Shown here: in pieces, positions 9,221 to 17,917 of the stretch
Layout of the letters: every line of letters begins with the position of its first letter
How positions within the stretch are numbered: the stretch's first letter is position 1
Origin: Candidatus Accumulibacter necessarius
Lineage (GTDB): Bacteria > Pseudomonadota > Gammaproteobacteria > Burkholderiales > Rhodocyclaceae
Direction of reading: 5' to 3'
DNA length: 64,000 nucleotides
Assembly (NCBI GenBank): GCA_017302435.1
Contig: JAFLDL010000017.1
Location: 14,492 to 78,491 of the forward strand
The notes under the pieces: model-generated
Databases searched by the model: none
Told to the model about the DNA's origin: nothing
What the model saw: the letters and a program-made list of their open reading frames with translations, nothing else
Program-made: the position numbers and the translations under genes

Positions 9221-10432
9221 TCAGACGTTCTGCCGCAGCGCGTCCACGACAGGAATCTGTGTCACTCGTCGCGCCGGAAACACCGCCGCGGCGACGGTGG
9301 CGACAAGACCGACGCAGAAAGCAAGGATGAGTTCCCTCGGCACGACCTGAATCTGCGCCATGTAGCCGACCTCGCTGCCTGGCGGGGGAGGCATGGGAAT
9401 GCCGATGGCCGAGATCACCAAGGCCAGCGCAACGCCGACGAGCACCCCGGCGGAACTGCCGATTACCCCGATCAAAACATTCTCCAGCATCACCAGGCGG
9501 AATACGTCCAGCCGTCGATTGCCGAGCGCCATCATGGTTCCGAACTCCCCCACGCGCTCGAACACGCTCATGTTGACGCTATTGGCGACACCGAGCAAAA
9601 CCATGATCAGGACGATCAAGCGCAGGACGCCGAACTGCCGGTCGTAGAGCGTGACGGTCTTGTCGTAAAAATCGGACAACTCGTTCCATTTCTTGATCTC
9701 GAACTGGTCGCTGTCAAGCTGCCCCGCGAGCAGTCCTGCGATGCGCGCCGTGTCGAGGGTATCCGTGAGCGACACGACCAAGGTATTGACGCCTTTGGCA
9801 TTCAGGAGCTCCTGGGCTGCGGCCAACGGAACGCGTACCGTGCGAGCGTCGTAATCCCGGGAAAAGCTCCTGAACGTCCCGACGACGTCGAACTCCAGCG
9901 TGTTCAACGCACCACCCGAAGTACTGACCAGAACGGTCACCCGGTCCCCGACGGCGATCTTGAACGCGTCAGCCAGGCCCTTTCCGAGCATGATGCCGTA
10001 GCGGTCCTGATCGTTGAGCGCGCGGCCCGATTCGATGCGGATGAAAGTGCCCAGCTTGCTTTCCCGGCTCGGCTCGATGCCCTCGCCGACGATCGAACGG
10101 TCCGTACGACCGGTGTTGAGAAGGCCGGAGAAGCTGACCCGCGCCATGACGTCAGTCACACCCGGCAACCTGGCGAACTGCTGTCGCAGCGGCTCGGCAT
10201 CGTCGATCATGAATCTGTCTGGCGCTCGCGCCCCCTTCTCGAAGAACCCCTGCGCGTTGACCTGGATATGGCCGAACTGCGAGTGAATCACCGCCTCGCG
10301 CAGCTGTATGAACATGTCCTCGATGAAGCCGCCTGAAAGGACGAGGCTCATGACGCCAAAGAAAACGGCACCGAACGTCATCCCGGTGCGAAGCTTGTGT
10401 CCGAAAAGATTGCGGAGTGCGAACTCGAACAT
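9221..10432 (-). CDS. ABC transporter permease, FtsX/MacB/LolCE type
   Basis: 403 aa. N-terminal TM, ~220-aa periplasmic domain, three C-terminal TMs (LRLIVLIMVLLGVANSVNMSVFERVGEFGTMMALG is the FtsX signature region). Paralogous to the adjacent gene and shares the IPMPPPPG segment with it. Confidence 0.8.
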   Translation of the reverse strand: MFEFALRNLFGHKLRTGMTFGAVFFGVMSLVLSGGFIEDMFIQLREAVIHSQFGHIQVNAQGFFEKGARAPDRFMIDDAEPLRQQFARLPGVTDVMARVSFSGLLNTGRTDRSIVGEGIEPSRESKLGTFIRIESGRALNDQDRYGIMLGKGLADAFKIAVGDRVTVLVSTSGGALNTLEFDVVGTFRSFSRDYDARTVRVPLAAAQELLNAKGVNTLVVSLTDTLDTARIAGLLAGQLDSDQFEIKKWNELSDFYDKTVTLYDRQFGVLRLIVLIMVLLGVANSVNMSVFERVGEFGTMMALGNRRLDVFRLVMLENVLIGVIGSSAGVLVGVALALVISAIGIPMPPPPGSEVGYMAQIQVVPRELILAFCVGLVATVAAAVFPARRVTQIPVVDALRQNV

Positions 10433-10459
10433 GGGTCAGCCCTGATCCATGGTCGGCGC

Positions 10460-11680
10460 TCAGCGGTTGAACCGTAGCGCGTCGACGATGACCATCCCCG
10501 ACGCCGTCCGTGCCGGGATGATGCTGGCGATCAGTGTCGACACCACCGCGAGTATGAATGCGTCGACGGCGAGCCGGGCTGAAACCATGACCTCGCCCAT
10601 GAACCCCCAGGATTGCCCGGGCGGCGGAGGCATGGGGATTCCAATGTAGGAGATGACCCAAGCAAGCATTGTTCCCAATGCCAGCCCCAGAATCCCGCCG
10701 ACGGTGCCGAGCATCGCGCCCTCCACGAGGATCATGCGGAGGATGGTGCGACGTGTCAGTCCCAGCGCCATCGCTGTACCGATCTCGCCCGTCCGCTCCA
10801 TGACACTCATCATCATCGTGTTGAAGATGCTCAGCACGATGATCACGGCGATGATGACTTTCATGACGCCAGCCTGCTTGGCAAGCAGCGACACCGCCTT
10901 GACATGGAAATCGGCGAGTTCGATCCATTCGGTGAAGACCAGGCCCTCGCCTGCATGGCGCTCACGCAGTGTCTGCAACGTGCGACCCGTCTGATCGGTT
11001 TCTTCGAGCAGCACTGCCCAAACGTGGGCGCCATCCACTTTCAACAGCCTCTGGGCGACCGACAGCGGCACCCTCAGGGCGACGTCGTCGTAAGCTTTCG
11101 ACATCGTCGCAAAAAGACCCCTCACCCGACACTCGACCGCATTCACGCTGCCGGTCGCGGTGTTCGCCATGAGGACGACCGAATCCCCGACGTCAACGCC
11201 GAGGTTGGCGGCGAGACCCAGTCCCAGGATAATTCCTTTCGGGTCATCGAGCGAAAGGTTGGCGCCCTTGGGGACCCTCAGCGAGCTACTCAGGACCTCC
11301 TCCTTGTCCGGTTCGACGCCCTCGGCGACAAAGGACACGGTTTCGTCGCCCCTGCTCACCAGGCCGCTGAACGCCAGGCGTCGGCCGAGAACCCGCACCT
11401 CCGGGAGTCGTTCGATGCTGTCCTGTACGGGCGAAGCCTTGGCCAGGAGGTAGCGGAACGGGTCGGCCATGCCATCTTCGGAATACCCCTTCCGCGTTAC
11501 CTGTATATGGCCAAACTGCGAGGTGATGGTGGTTTCCCGATGCTTGAACATGATCCAGTCGACAAAGCCGTTGGCAACGATCAGGGCGGCCACCCCGAAA
11601 GCAATGGCGGCGAGCGCGAACGCGGAGCGTCGTCGTTGTCGCGCGATACTTCGAGCCGCCAGGAAAACGTCGGTCAGCAA
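10460..11680 (-). CDS. ABC transporter permease, FtsX/MacB/LolCE type (paralog of 9221..10432)
   Basis: 406 aa with the same architecture (VIIAVIIVLSIFNTMMMSVMERTGEIGTAMALG; YIGIPMPPPPGQSWG). The track start is TTG, so the start codon is uncertain. Confidence 0.8.
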   Translation of the reverse strand: MLTDVFLAARSIARQRRRSAFALAAIAFGVAALIVANGFVDWIMFKHRETTITSQFGHIQVTRKGYSEDGMADPFRYLLAKASPVQDSIERLPEVRVLGRRLAFSGLVSRGDETVSFVAEGVEPDKEEVLSSSLRVPKGANLSLDDPKGIILGLGLAANLGVDVGDSVVLMANTATGSVNAVECRVRGLFATMSKAYDDVALRVPLSVAQRLLKVDGAHVWAVLLEETDQTGRTLQTLRERHAGEGLVFTEWIELADFHVKAVSLLAKQAGVMKVIIAVIIVLSIFNTMMMSVMERTGEIGTAMALGLTRRTILRMILVEGAMLGTVGGILGLALGTMLAWVISYIGIPMPPPPGQSWGFMGEVMVSARLAVDAFILAVVSTLIASIIPARTASGMVIVDALRFNR

Positions 11681-11858
11681 AGGATGGATTCAGCTCGAGC
11701 AGCTTGCATGAGCAAACGCAGTTGGGTAGGCATTGACGCGATCCAGATTGCGACAGACAAATTATGACACACCCGTGTGCCCAAATGGGCGATTGACGCG
11801 GCTTGATAGGGGCTCGTATCCTTTAAACTAGTCGCTGGATTTCCTGCCCTTTCACCGA

Positions 11859-13535
11859 TTGGCGAAACGCAACGTGGCTAACGACAACGCAACTCCCCTC
11901 GTCAGTGCCTTTGATCCACGCAGCGACCTGCCCGGCGCTCTCGGCGAGTGGCGGGCGCTCCTCGGCGACAGCAACGTGCTCGTCGACGACCAAGCACTGA
12001 CCCATTACTCCCGCACCACGTCCTCGTCCAGCCGGCGCCCCGCAGCGATCCTGAAACCGGGCACGCGGGACGAGGTCGTGCAGCTCGTGAGCATTGCACG
12101 CCGCTGCAGAACCCCCCTGTATCCGCTCAGCACCGGCCAGAACTGGGGCTACGGTGACGCCTGTGCAGTTTACGACGGACAGGTCATCGTCGACCTCGGA
12201 CGGATGAACCGGATCGAGCACGTTGACAGCGCGCTGGGCTACGCCGTCATCGAGCCGGGCGTGACCCAGGGACAACTCTCCCGGCACCTTGCCGAGCAGG
12301 GCGTGCCGTACTGGATCGACTGCACCGGCAGCGGCCCGAATTCAAGCCTTATCGGCAACATCCTCGAGCGTGGATTTGGACACAGCCCCTACGGCAACCG
12401 CTTCCAGAGCTTCTCGGGCATGGAGGTGGTCCTCGGCTCAGGCGAGGTGCTGCGCACTGGATTCGGCCACTTCCCTGGCGCCAGGACCACCCACCTGTAT
12501 CCTTACGGCATCGGTCCCTACCTCGACGGCATCTTCACCCAGTCGAACTTCGGGATCGTCACCAAACTCGGACTGTGGCTGGTGCCAATCCCGGAGTCTT
12601 TCTGTCCGTACATCGTGCTTTTCGACGAGGACAAGGATCTCCTCGAGGCCCTGCCGCAGCTGCAGAAACTCAGGCTTGACCGGATTCTGCAGAGCGTCCC
12701 CCACATCGGGAACGATCTCCGGGCACTGGCTTCCGACGCCCCGTTTCCCCGCGATCGACTGCCCGGGCACGCCCGCCTGACTCCGGAAGTCAGGGCAGCG
12801 CTACGCAAGGGCGCAGGCATCGGCGCCTGGTCGATGTCGGGGGCCTTCTATGGCACTTCGCGCCAGGTCGCACTGCACAAGAGGCTGTTGAAGCGCGCAT
12901 TGGCGAAGGTGGACGCGAAAGTGATCTTCCTGCCACCGCACATCCTGGCCGCCGGCCAGTTGTTTGTGCGCCTCTTCGGCCATCTGGCGCCCTTTCGCGG
13001 CCTGGAGAAGAAGATCCGGCTCGGCTCGGCGCTTGCGGACATGCACAGCGGGAAACCCACCGGGGCATTCCTGCGCGGCTGCTATTGGCGCCACCAGCAA
13101 GGCGTGCCGGCAGATTTCTCCGACCAGACTGATCTCGCGCGAGAACGTATCGGCATCATGTGGATGGCGCCGATCATTCCGTTCCTGCGCGAGGACCTCG
13201 CACTACTCAACCGGGAGATGGACGAGCTTTTCGCCCGCTTCGACTTTGACTGTCACGTCACCGTGAACATGATCAATGAGCGCGCATTGGCGGCCGTGTA
13301 CACAATCGATTACGACGCAGAAGACGAAGCTGAGACCCGGCGGGGAGTGGCGTGCTACGAGGCGGGCGTGCGCAGGCTGTTCGAACTCGGATATCCCTTG
13401 TACCGGGCGTCGGTGCGCGGAATGGGGCTCCTGGCCAGCGCGCGCGACGATGAGTTCGCCGGCACCGTCGCGAGGTTGAAGCGCGCGCTCGATCCGGAGG
13501 GCATCATCGCGCCGGGGCGTTACGACGGGTTTTAG
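11859..13535 (+). CDS. FAD-binding oxidoreductase, VAO/PCMH-type
   Basis: The N-terminal region RRPAAILKPGTRDEVVQLVSIARRCRTPLYPLSTGQNWGYGDA is typical of the PCMH-type FAD-binding domain. 558 aa; TTG start in the track. Confidence 0.7.
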   Translation: MAKRNVANDNATPLVSAFDPRSDLPGALGEWRALLGDSNVLVDDQALTHYSRTTSSSSRRPAAILKPGTRDEVVQLVSIARRCRTPLYPLSTGQNWGYGDACAVYDGQVIVDLGRMNRIEHVDSALGYAVIEPGVTQGQLSRHLAEQGVPYWIDCTGSGPNSSLIGNILERGFGHSPYGNRFQSFSGMEVVLGSGEVLRTGFGHFPGARTTHLYPYGIGPYLDGIFTQSNFGIVTKLGLWLVPIPESFCPYIVLFDEDKDLLEALPQLQKLRLDRILQSVPHIGNDLRALASDAPFPRDRLPGHARLTPEVRAALRKGAGIGAWSMSGAFYGTSRQVALHKRLLKRALAKVDAKVIFLPPHILAAGQLFVRLFGHLAPFRGLEKKIRLGSALADMHSGKPTGAFLRGCYWRHQQGVPADFSDQTDLARERIGIMWMAPIIPFLREDLALLNREMDELFARFDFDCHVTVNMINERALAAVYTIDYDAEDEAETRRGVACYEAGVRRLFELGYPLYRASVRGMGLLASARDDEFAGTVARLKRALDPEGIIAPGRYDGF

Positions 13536-13683
13536 TAGCGACCCGTTTAGCGGCCAGTCCCTGCAGATACCGGAACCACCCGCGCAGCCATTTCGGGGAG
13601 TCGGGGGTTGGCGGTCGCACGGATTGCCTGGCGGATAGACCTACTGGCGCAAGCCTGCTGGCAAAACGGCTGCATGAAGCAGA

Positions 13684-13713
13684 CAGCCCCGCAGGCGGGC
13701 GCCTGCGGGGCTG
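13684..13713. terminator. GC-rich hairpin between convergent genes (possible bidirectional terminator)
   Basis: CAGCCCCGCAGGC-GGGC-GCCTGCGGGGCTG is a perfect 13-bp stem. It lies between the FAD oxidase stop (13535) and the PEP-CTERM gene stop (13770). U-tracts are weak on both strands. Confidence 0.4.
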
Positions 13714-13769
13714 TGTCGTGTCGGACGTCTCGCCCCACCAAAGCGGGGTCAAGACGCTTGGCAACCTGC

Positions 13770-14765
13770 TTAGGCCTTCCTGCGACGGGTGAGGCCCAGG
13801 CCGGCCAAACCGATACCGAGGAGCGCCAGGCTGACCGGCTCAGGAAGGTCCGTCGACTCAGCATTGACAAAGGTCGTGTGGCCGATGCTGAAGCGATAGT
13901 CCCCTGCGTCGAGCCTTGCCTGCACGCCAAAGTCGCCAGAACCGGTATTGACCGTATCGGCGATGTTCAACGTGCCCACCTGGCTATTCAGGCTGAACGG
14001 GTCGTCGAGTTCCGAGCAAGTCCCGGCAACGGAGCACAAGCCCAGGGAGCCCGCAAGACCGCCGTTCGGGTTCCATTCAAGGACCGGAACGAACGCAAAG
14101 AATCCCGGGGCAACCTCGATATTCTTTTCGACTTTCAAACCCCAGTTTACAACCGAATTGGCCGCAACGCCCGGCTGGGCAAGCGCCGCCCGCTGAAACA
14201 GATCGGCAGTGAAGGTGACGTTGAAAGTGTCTTCCTGAAGGAGTGTCAGGGTGAACTCTGTCGTCAGAGTCTGCGCAGAGTTGGCGCCACCCTTCGCGAT
14301 GCCGTTGATGTTAACCTGGGCCTGGGTTTGGGCCAGGGTAGGATTGAGCGGGTCAAGTCCGCTACCGATGTGGTTTACCGACGACCCGGCAAACGTACCG
14401 GCGCCCAGGGTGCCAACGCCGTAGGAAACGTACGGCGTGTACGCCCCTACACTCGCCGTAACGTCGAACGAGGCCCCGGGGTTGGTAATCGGATCGATGC
14501 TCGAGGGCAGGCCCGCCGCAACGACATTATTGATGCTGGCGGTCGGAGACTGCCCGCGCACATCGGTCTTGAGGTTCGTGAAGTTGGCAGCCGTGATGTC
14601 GCCTGTAATCGCGGACTTGAGCCGGAAATTGGACACGATCAACTCCGATTCGGCATAAGCGGCCGGTCCGAACGCGACGATGTCTGCTTGTGCCGGCAGC
14701 CCGTAGCCCGCGAGGAAGGCGGTGCTCACGGCAGCGGCGATTGTATTTAGTTTGCGCATTTTCAA
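13770..14765 (-). CDS. PEP-CTERM sorting-signal protein (secreted, exosortase substrate type)
   Basis: Signal peptide MKMRKLNTIAAAVSTAFLAGYGLPAQA. The C-terminus is DLPEPVSLALLGIGLAGLGLTRRRKA: a PEP motif, a TM helix and a basic tail. Confidence 0.85.
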   Translation of the reverse strand: MKMRKLNTIAAAVSTAFLAGYGLPAQADIVAFGPAAYAESELIVSNFRLKSAITGDITAANFTNLKTDVRGQSPTASINNVVAAGLPSSIDPITNPGASFDVTASVGAYTPYVSYGVGTLGAGTFAGSSVNHIGSGLDPLNPTLAQTQAQVNINGIAKGGANSAQTLTTEFTLTLLQEDTFNVTFTADLFQRAALAQPGVAANSVVNWGLKVEKNIEVAPGFFAFVPVLEWNPNGGLAGSLGLCSVAGTCSELDDPFSLNSQVGTLNIADTVNTGSGDFGVQARLDAGDYRFSIGHTTFVNAESTDLPEPVSLALLGIGLAGLGLTRRRKA

Positions 14766-14878
14766 TCCCTTTTTATCAAAAGTTACGGTTTAACGGATGG
14801 TCAAGACTTGTTGTCGCGAAGACCCCGTTCGGTCCAGGCACCCAATTGCATTAACCCCGGGCATCCTTGCATAGAGCA

Positions 14879-14895
14879 AAGCACATTGCATGCCA
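14879..14895 (-). promoter_or_regulatory. sigma-54 (-24/-12) promoter upstream of the PEP-CTERM gene
   Basis: The minus strand reads TGGCATGcaatGTGCTT. GG and GC have the exact consensus spacing of TGGCACG-N4-TTGCW. It sits in an AT-rich intergenic region ~115 nt upstream of the start at 14765. Confidence 0.55.
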
Positions 14896-15039
14896 TGCCC
14901 CACCAATCGCGATCTTTATCCAATTATTCAACAGCTTAAGAAATACATCGGAAAAGTCTCTGGAGGGCAGTGTAAAAAAATCCGACACCTAGCCCGTGCA
15001 ACCAGCGATAAAAGGCCGATAGCGAACAGAGGGTGAGGA

Positions 15040-15780
15040 TCACTCAGTGCCGCAAGTGTAGCGGCCCGCATCGGTCATGAGTTCCCAGACCGACCTCGCC
15101 ACCCGCTTGATGTTCGGCAAAGTTTCGTTCACGTTGCCCAGGCAGGGAATTCGTTCACCGTGGTAATCGACTGCCGGGCCGATCTGATCGAATGTCGCGC
15201 CGAAGCGGCCCAGGAGTCGATACAGCGCTGGCTCCATTACCGCATAGCCATGGGTCAGGCCGTGCTCATGCATCATCCGCAACTCAGCGGCAAACAGTCC
15301 GAGCGACAGGTGCGGCAGGACGCGGCGCTCGTCCGGCTCGAAATACATATCCACCTTTCCCGAGACGCCGATCAAGCTCCCGGCTTCGCCAATCCGCTTC
15401 TTGAACGCCTTGGAAACCGCGAAGCGCGACAACTCTCCCAAACGGCGCCTCGCCTCCGGATCACGAATCGCCAGACCGTCGTAAAACGGGCAGTGTCTCT
15501 CAATGGGAAAGGGGGCCAAGGGGGCAGACAAATCGGGCAGGATCATCCGCGCGGTGGCCGCGTAAACGCCGGTGGCGCGATGCCTGAGCAGGTAGTGATC
15601 AGAGCGCTCGTCGAAGACATCTCTCTCGATCCCGTTGGGATGGTCTTCGCATCGCTCGAAACCGGTTTCCACGATGTACACCTGATAGCGCAGCCGGAAC
15701 ACCTCCTCGCGGAGCTGGTCGCTGTCTGCATGCAGCAACTCGAAGTACTGATTGAAAGCCGTACACAGGTCAGTTGCCAA
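15040..15780 (-). CDS. N-acyl amino acid synthase-like acyltransferase (PEP-CTERM/exosortase-associated, autoinducer-synthase-like GNAT fold)
   Basis: FNQYFELLHADSDQLREEVFRLRYQVYIVETGFE...DERSDHYLLRHRATGVYAATARMILPD resembles the TIGR03694 family. Start placed at TTG 15780 (GAGG 5 nt upstream). The track start at 15888 is only the most upstream TTG. Confidence 0.7.
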   Translation of the reverse strand: MATDLCTAFNQYFELLHADSDQLREEVFRLRYQVYIVETGFERCEDHPNGIERDVFDERSDHYLLRHRATGVYAATARMILPDLSAPLAPFPIERHCPFYDGLAIRDPEARRRLGELSRFAVSKAFKKRIGEAGSLIGVSGKVDMYFEPDERRVLPHLSLGLFAAELRMMHEHGLTHGYAVMEPALYRLLGRFGATFDQIGPAVDYHGERIPCLGNVNETLPNIKRVARSVWELMTDAGRYTCGTE

Positions 15781-16129
15781 GACAGCCTCACAGATCGCAG
15801 TAAAACGCAGGAAATTCAGCAGCGCAACAGAGGGTATCTTCCCGCCGGTGGCAACGTCAACTTGATGGCGTACCCGGCAGGCTGACAACCTTGTACCGCC
15901 GTGACCGGGAATTGGCTTTGCGAGGACGCAGCCGGCCGGCTCTGCGCCATGTGCTGCCGGCGTCCCTCTGGTTCGGCAAAGTGGCCAGCGCGCTGCCTTT
16001 TGTCACCAGGCACCGTGCCTCGACGGCAGGAAGAAGCGGGATCAAGCTTGCGGTCAATCAACGGTGCTTGCGCTGCCGGCCCGGCGCGCAACCGACTCGC
16101 CGAGACCTGGCAAGCAGTGAGGAAGCGCC

Positions 16130-17440
16130 TCACCTGTCGGTCATGAAGCGTGTGGCGTCTTCCAGGTCAGCATGCGTACTGCCACTGTATAGCGCATTGA
16201 CGAACTTGCGCCAGATCAGGTCCGGCTCACCCATCCGAAAACCGTAGACGCCAGCCCCCGACTCCCTGGATGCCGCGACCTTGATGCGCGACACTTCAGA
16301 GGGTCCAAGTTGAATCCTCACTTCACCCCAGACATTGATCGGAACAGCATTCCGCGCGTGCGCCTGAAAACCGTAGCGCGAGAGCTGCACGATTTCGAGG
16401 TTGACCTTGCTTTCTGTCCCGTCGGGCGCATGGACAGAAAATCTGGCCGGACACCTGACCGAAAAGCGCCGATGGCGCCTGCGGGCCGTATCGTCCTGAC
16501 TGTCTTCGGAAAGCGCCGGCAGAACTTCCCGGTACGCTGGCAGGTCGTAGATCGTATGCAAAAGGCACTTCTTGCGATCACTCAACTGGCTGAAGACGCT
16601 GGTGCGAACATTGAAGAAATAGTCGAGCAGTTCCGGCGTCAGCACCGGATCGTTGGTGGTATAGAAACGGCGTGCCGGCAGTTTGATGTTGGGCAGCTTC
16701 ACCTCGGTGAAAAAGGCATGGAGATTTCGCTTCGGTGCTTTGGAGGAATAGTGTTTCCTGAAGATCTCCGGCGCAGTACTGAGGTCGAGCGTCGCGCCGA
16801 TCGCCGGCGCGCCATTGACGAAATCGTAATTCTCGACCACATTCTGAGTCAGGCGCTTGAAGAACAGCAGTGATTCGTACATCTCGATGTGGCTGGGATT
16901 GACTGCAATCACCAAGTGCCGGGTATCAAAGAAGGTCGTGCAATATTCGTACATGAACTTCATCAGCGGAAACAGAATCGTTCCACCGGTGCGGCGAAAA
17001 CGCCGGTGGATCGCCAGTGCCGACACCTCGGCGATGTTTCCCTTCTTCTCGCGCAGTGCCGTCAGGTCGAAGATTCTTTGGAGGGGAAAACCCAGGACAC
17101 TCTCCCGGATCAGGGACAGGGTCCCAACCACCTCCCCGTCGTACTTCGCACAGAGAGTCGTGGTTGTCGGCAAGGCATGATAGATGGTCACCCGCATCCC
17201 GGAAGGATCCGGCCGCATGAACTTGCTACCGACATAGGCATCGTGCAGCAGGGTGAAACACGCTTCGAGTTCTTCCTGCGTCTCGGCGATCTTCAGCACC
17301 AGGCGTTCATCCGGCGCTGGATCGCAATCAACGAAATTTCGGTACACGGCAAAACGGCTTTCTCGTGGGAGAAAGTTGAACCACTTCCTCAACGTCCCGC
17401 TTAGCAGCTTTCGTGCCGGCGAGACCAGTTTTCTGATCAT
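16130..17440 (-). CDS. FeeM-like N-acyl amino acid synthase domain fused to a C-terminal PilZ-like domain
   Basis: N-terminal part: LKIAETQEELEACFTLLHDAYV...GEVVGTLSLIRESVLGFPLQRIF...AEVSALAIHRRFRRTGG (GNAT/FeeM-like). C-terminal part: RRRHRRFSVRCPARFSV...EIVQLSRYGFQ (PilZ RxxxR plus a degenerate D/NxSxxG). Start at ATG 17440 with RBS GGGGAG 4 nt upstream. Confidence 0.7.
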   Translation of the reverse strand: MIRKLVSPARKLLSGTLRKWFNFLPRESRFAVYRNFVDCDPAPDERLVLKIAETQEELEACFTLLHDAYVGSKFMRPDPSGMRVTIYHALPTTTTLCAKYDGEVVGTLSLIRESVLGFPLQRIFDLTALREKKGNIAEVSALAIHRRFRRTGGTILFPLMKFMYEYCTTFFDTRHLVIAVNPSHIEMYESLLFFKRLTQNVVENYDFVNGAPAIGATLDLSTAPEIFRKHYSSKAPKRNLHAFFTEVKLPNIKLPARRFYTTNDPVLTPELLDYFFNVRTSVFSQLSDRKKCLLHTIYDLPAYREVLPALSEDSQDDTARRRHRRFSVRCPARFSVHAPDGTESKVNLEIVQLSRYGFQAHARNAVPINVWGEVRIQLGPSEVSRIKVAASRESGAGVYGFRMGEPDLIWRKFVNALYSGSTHADLEDATRFMTDR

Positions 17441-17743
17441 CACACTCCCCAGGCAGCCACTACCGTTGAAAAAAGCATGCCCGCCCGCTGGCACGAGCAC
17501 TGCCGCCTTGTCCCTGGACATCCTGATGCGCGGCCAGTTTATCGCATACTTCGCGCAGAATGGCACGCACAATCGCACAGACTACGATATACCGATCCGA
17601 AAGCGAGCGAAAGCAGCACCAGGCCGATATCCCGCTCACCGCTTTTTCGCCATGCGTGTGAGCGGAATCGGCGCCATTCCCAAGACTGAATTTGGCCAGC
17701 CTGTTGACCCGTTCCGAAAGGATCTCGGCGAGGCAGATCATTG

Positions 17744-17811
17744 CCGGAGATGGCGACGAACACGGACTTTCCCTTGCTCATTTTCGTCCCCTGCTGACGT
17801 TCGATTGGCGA
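17744..17811 (-). repeat. 68-bp duplicate of the mnmA leader/5' end (copy A, downstream of mnmA)
   Basis: By hand alignment about 59 of 68 positions match 18981..19048 at an offset of 1237 bp. The 45-bp core 17767-17811 has 2 mismatches. Translated, it gives MSKGKSVFVAISGND against mnm[18 protein letters not shown]. Confidence 0.8.
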
Positions 17812-17917
17812 GCGTCTTGCCGGGCTCCTTGCCCAAAGATGGCTTGCCATCGGAGAACAGCGCGGCCCCCGGACGACACCGGTACCGGCCCCGGCCCCAG
17901 CGAAGGAATCGCAACCC

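Noticed and set aside
14836-14850. Plus-strand sigma-54-like sequence AGGCACCCAATTGCA
   Set aside because: The GG-to-GC spacing is one nucleotide too short. It also points away from any plus-strand gene; the next plus-strand gene is several kb away.
14960-14990. Possible shared enhancer box (GTGTAAAAAAAT) upstream of the PEP-CTERM promoter
   Set aside because: It matches the GGGTGYAACAAAACG box only partially, its position is offset by 3 nt, and there is no distal inverted copy. It is not enough to place this promoter in the phosphate regulon.
17561-17577. Plus-strand TGGCACGCACAATCGCA
   Set aside because: The GG-to-GC spacing is one nucleotide too long. Its orientation faces the 3' end of mnmA, and no gene lies downstream.
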